This document shows, piece by piece, positions 23,718 to 25,926 of a stretch of DNA of 25,926 nucleotides. The stretch's first letter is position 1, and each line of letters opens with the position of its first letter. The DNA is taken from NCBI GenBank assembly GCA_041946805.1, contig JBHGBC010000083.1, positions 1 through 25,926 on the forward strand, given 5' to 3'. The stretch comes from a bacterium (GTDB lineage Bacteria > Hinthialibacterota > Hinthialibacteria > Hinthialibacterales > Hinthialibacteraceae). The translations under genes and the position numbers were made by a program. The notes under the pieces are model-generated. The model worked only from the letters and a program-made list of their open reading frames with translations. It was not told where the DNA came from and did no database searches.

Positions 23718-25925
23718 TCAGTTGCCGCTCCCGCTCCGGCTGTTGAATTGCATGGTGTTGGTGTTTTGCATGGTGCGGTTGCTTAACGTATTGCCCGTGG
23801 CGCCGGAGGTGGAGGAACTCCGCGACGTCCGGTTGTTGGAGCCGTAGGCTGTATTTTCGAACATGTTGCGCAGAATCTCGGAGACGTTTTCGACGTCCGC
23901 GTAATCCAACTTGTAGACGTATACTTTTTGCTTTTTATCGGCCCGGGAATCGAGTTGCTCGACCATCCGCCGGATCTGATCCATGGTGGCGCTGGCGGCG
24001 CTGACGATAACCGAGTTCGTGCGCGGATCGGCGACCGCGTGGACCGTGGTCTGCTGCAGTTGCCGCTGGCTTTGATTGGAAGAAGACCCCATGCCGGGAG
24101 GCATGCCCGGCATCCCGCCCGGTCCGCCGCCCATGCCGCCGCGCATCCCCATGCCGAAACGGGGCGCGAACTGGCCCAGCTGGGTGGAAGAGGTTTCCGG
24201 GAACAGATCGGTGAGGATCTGGGCCATCTCGGTGGCGTCGGCGTGCTCCAGCGGGATGGACGTCAGCTGGGGGCTGCCGACCTCGGCCTGCTTGTCGATC
24301 ATCTGGATGACCGGCTCGATCCGCTCCCAGTCCGACGGCGGGGCGATGCAGATGAGCACGCCGGCCGTCTCGATCGGCAGGAACCGGACGGGGTTGTTCG
24401 GCCTGCCGGGCTGGTTGGCGAAGATCCCGGTCAGGGCGTTGGAGACCTCGCTGGGCCGGGCGGACTTGAGGTTGACGACGTGCTCGAGGGCCTGGTTGGT
24501 GGAGGCCTGGTCGAGCTGCTTGACCGCGTCGGCGACCCGGTCGAGGTACTGGGGCTCGCCGGCCGCGACGATGGCGTTGTTGACCGTGTCGGGGGTGATG
24601 GTCAGGGGCGAGCCCTTGGCGCCCTGGGGCCGCATGATCGACAGGAAGGCCTGGCGGAGGACCTCGACGACCTGCTCGCAGCGGGCCTCGGTCAGCGGGA
24701 TCCGCCGGATGGAGCCGGCGGCGTCCTCGACGTCGAAGCGGGCGACCAGGTCCTTGATCTCCTTCTGGGCGTCCTTGTCGGCCGTGACCAGCAGGGTGTT
24801 GGTCCCGCCGTCCGGGACGATCAGGACCGCGACGCTGGAGGCGCCGGCGCTGCGGCGCCACCACTGGCCGCTGCTGCGGCCGGGGACCTTGGGCTGGCCG
24901 GCGCTGGCGAAGAGCTGGCGCAGGGTGTTGGCCAGTTCCTCGGCGCGGGCGTGCTCGAGCTTGTAGCAGGCCATGGTGGCGTCATCGGGCAGGTCGATGT
25001 CGAGCTGCTCGATGAACTTGCCGATCTCCTCGAGCTTGCGCGGGGTGGCCTTGATCAGCAGGGCGTTGGCCTTGTCGTCGACGGCGATGTCGATCTTGTC
25101 GCCGCCGCCGCCGCTGCGGGCCTGCCCGGGCTGGCCCGGCTGGGGCACGGGCCGCGCGCCGCCGCCGGTCGGGAACATCTGCTGGATGATGTTGCGGGCG
25201 TCGCCGGCCACGGCGTTCTTGAGCACGAAGCGCTTCATCGGCCGCTGGTCGTCGGCCATGGGCCGCTGGACGATCTGCAGCCACCGATCCACGTCGGCGG
25301 CGGCGCCGGAGACAATCAGCGTGTTGGACTCGCCCATGGGCTGGATGAGCATGGTCATGTCGGGGGCGAACTGGCGGCACTGCTCGAACAGGTCGCCGGC
25401 GTCGGCGTTGGTGGGCGTGTAGAAGACCACGCACTTCTCGTCGTCGCCGAGGTCGGCGGCCTTGAAGGCCTCATAGCCCTCGTAGAAGTGGTCGACGTCC
25501 AGGACGCGGAGCCAGCCGCCGCTGCCGGAGATCTTGATGACCTGGATGTAGTCCTTGCGGAGCAGGGCGATCCGCGGCTGCGCCTGGGAGGTCAGCAGGC
25601 GGTTGAGGAAGCTGAAGGCGTCCTTGAAGGTCATCGGCCGCTGGTGGAAGAAATCGACCGTGCCGGTCAGGTCCTGGGTGTCGCCGACGATGCTCAGGCC
25701 GGTGGCGCGGCTGAAGTACTCCAGCACGTCCTTCCACTCGGCGCCCTTGAGGTTGAAGTTGTAGGCCTTGCGGAGGTACTCCGGTCGGCCGTCGGCCGCG
25801 ACGATCTGCGAGGTCACGGAGGAGGCCGGGGCCTGGACCGCGCCAGCGGGCTGGGCCGCCGGGGCTTCCGGGGCCTCCGGGGCGGCTTCGGCGGAAGGCT
25901 CGGGGGCCGGCGGGTTCTCGGCGGC
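23718..25925 (-). CDS. Secretin N-terminal-domain protein (N0, six KH-like N repeats and half a repeat) with no secretin barrel; 5' end is off the window
   Basis: N0 (FNLKGAEWKDVLEYFSRATGL), then repeated L..A.A..(L/I)..(L/M)F...D..(T)N.LIV......(L)D units. The frame stays open to the window edge through a Pro/Ala/Glu linker (AAENPPAPEPSAEAAPEAP), so GTG 25817 is probably not the true start. Confidence 0.85.
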   Translation of the reverse strand, partial: AAENPPAPEPSAEAAPEAPEAPAAQPAGAVQAPASSVTSQIVAADGRPEYLRKAYNFNLKGAEWKDVLEYFSRATGLSIVGDTQDLTGTVDFFHQRPMTFKDAFSFLNRLLTSQAQPRIALLRKDYIQVIKISGSGGWLRVLDVDHFYEGYEAFKAADLGDDEKCVVFYTPTNADAGDLFEQCRQFAPDMTMLIQPMGESNTLIVSGAAADVDRWLQIVQRPMADDQRPMKRFVLKNAVAGDARNIIQQMFPTGGGARPVPQPGQPGQARSGGGGDKIDIAVDDKANALLIKATPRKLEEIGKFIEQLDIDLPDDATMACYKLEHARAEELANTLRQLFASAGQPKVPGRSSGQWWRRSAGASSVAVLIVPDGGTNTLLVTADKDAQKEIKDLVARFDVEDAAGSIRRIPLTEARCEQVVEVLRQAFLSIMRPQGAKGSPLTITPDTVNNAIVAAGEPQYLDRVADAVKQLDQASTNQALEHVVNLKSARPSEVSNALTGIFANQPGRPNNPVRFLPIETAGVLICIAPPSDWERIEPVIQMIDKQAEVGSPQLTSIPLEHADATEMAQILTDLFPETSSTQLGQFAPRFGMGMRGGMGGGPGGMPGMPPGMGSSSNQSQRQLQQTTVHAVADPRTNSVIVSAASATMDQIRRMVEQLDSRADKKQKVYVYKLDYADVENVSEILRNMFENTAYGSNNRTSRSSSTSGATGNTLSNRTMQNTNTMQFNSRSGSGN

Positions 25926-25926
25926 C

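Noticed and set aside
23689..23720. Stop-codon readthrough or selenocysteine fusing the N-domain gene to the secretin
   Set aside because: The 29-nt gap puts the genes in different frames, and the second gene has its own RBS and signal peptide.
19440..25764. Long overlapping ORFs (19440-20600, 20887-21885, 22057-23181, 23935-24864, 24076-24966)
   Set aside because: Stop-poor frames expected from GC3-rich genes; Arg/Pro/Gly-rich or mirror-image composition.

Overview
Bacterial window with GC-rich coding regions and AT-richer patches at ~1-800, ~4070-5160 and ~6540-6910. It comes from a diderm, since it encodes an outer-membrane porin and a secretin. The A-FTLIE...PNFLNAQ.RAK pilin type and overall gene style suggest an uncultured lineage such as Ca. 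Hinthialibacterota/OLB16 or Sumerlaeota, but that is inference only. Contents in order: an orphan SocA/Panacea(YwgA)-like gene; a coupled SIS isomerase and ROK kinase; a secreted M14-like protein with a degenerate zinc motif; an MNT-HEPN toxin-antitoxin pair with a frameshifted toxin; REP-like palindrome clusters around an alginate-export-family porin; Nudix, DUF2203, uppP, a flippase-like protein and a Tat-exported sugar epimerase; two hypotheticals; rhamnose mutarotase with a URO-D-family protein; a 1010-aa GH-like protein; DUF1080; a pseudopilin; and an IS630 remnant. The window ends in a minus-strand operon: multi-N-domain secretin part, short secretin, histidine kinase, sigma54 response regulator. 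The most notable feature is that the secretin appears split into two genes in the loop of its last N3-type domain, with the barrel-bearing half carrying its own RBS and signal peptide, and the pair appears co-transcribed with a two-component system. An abrupt codon-usage switch inside the N-domain gene (~24210-24260) suggests a recombinant or misassembled junction. No CRISPR array, tRNA or rRNA was seen.
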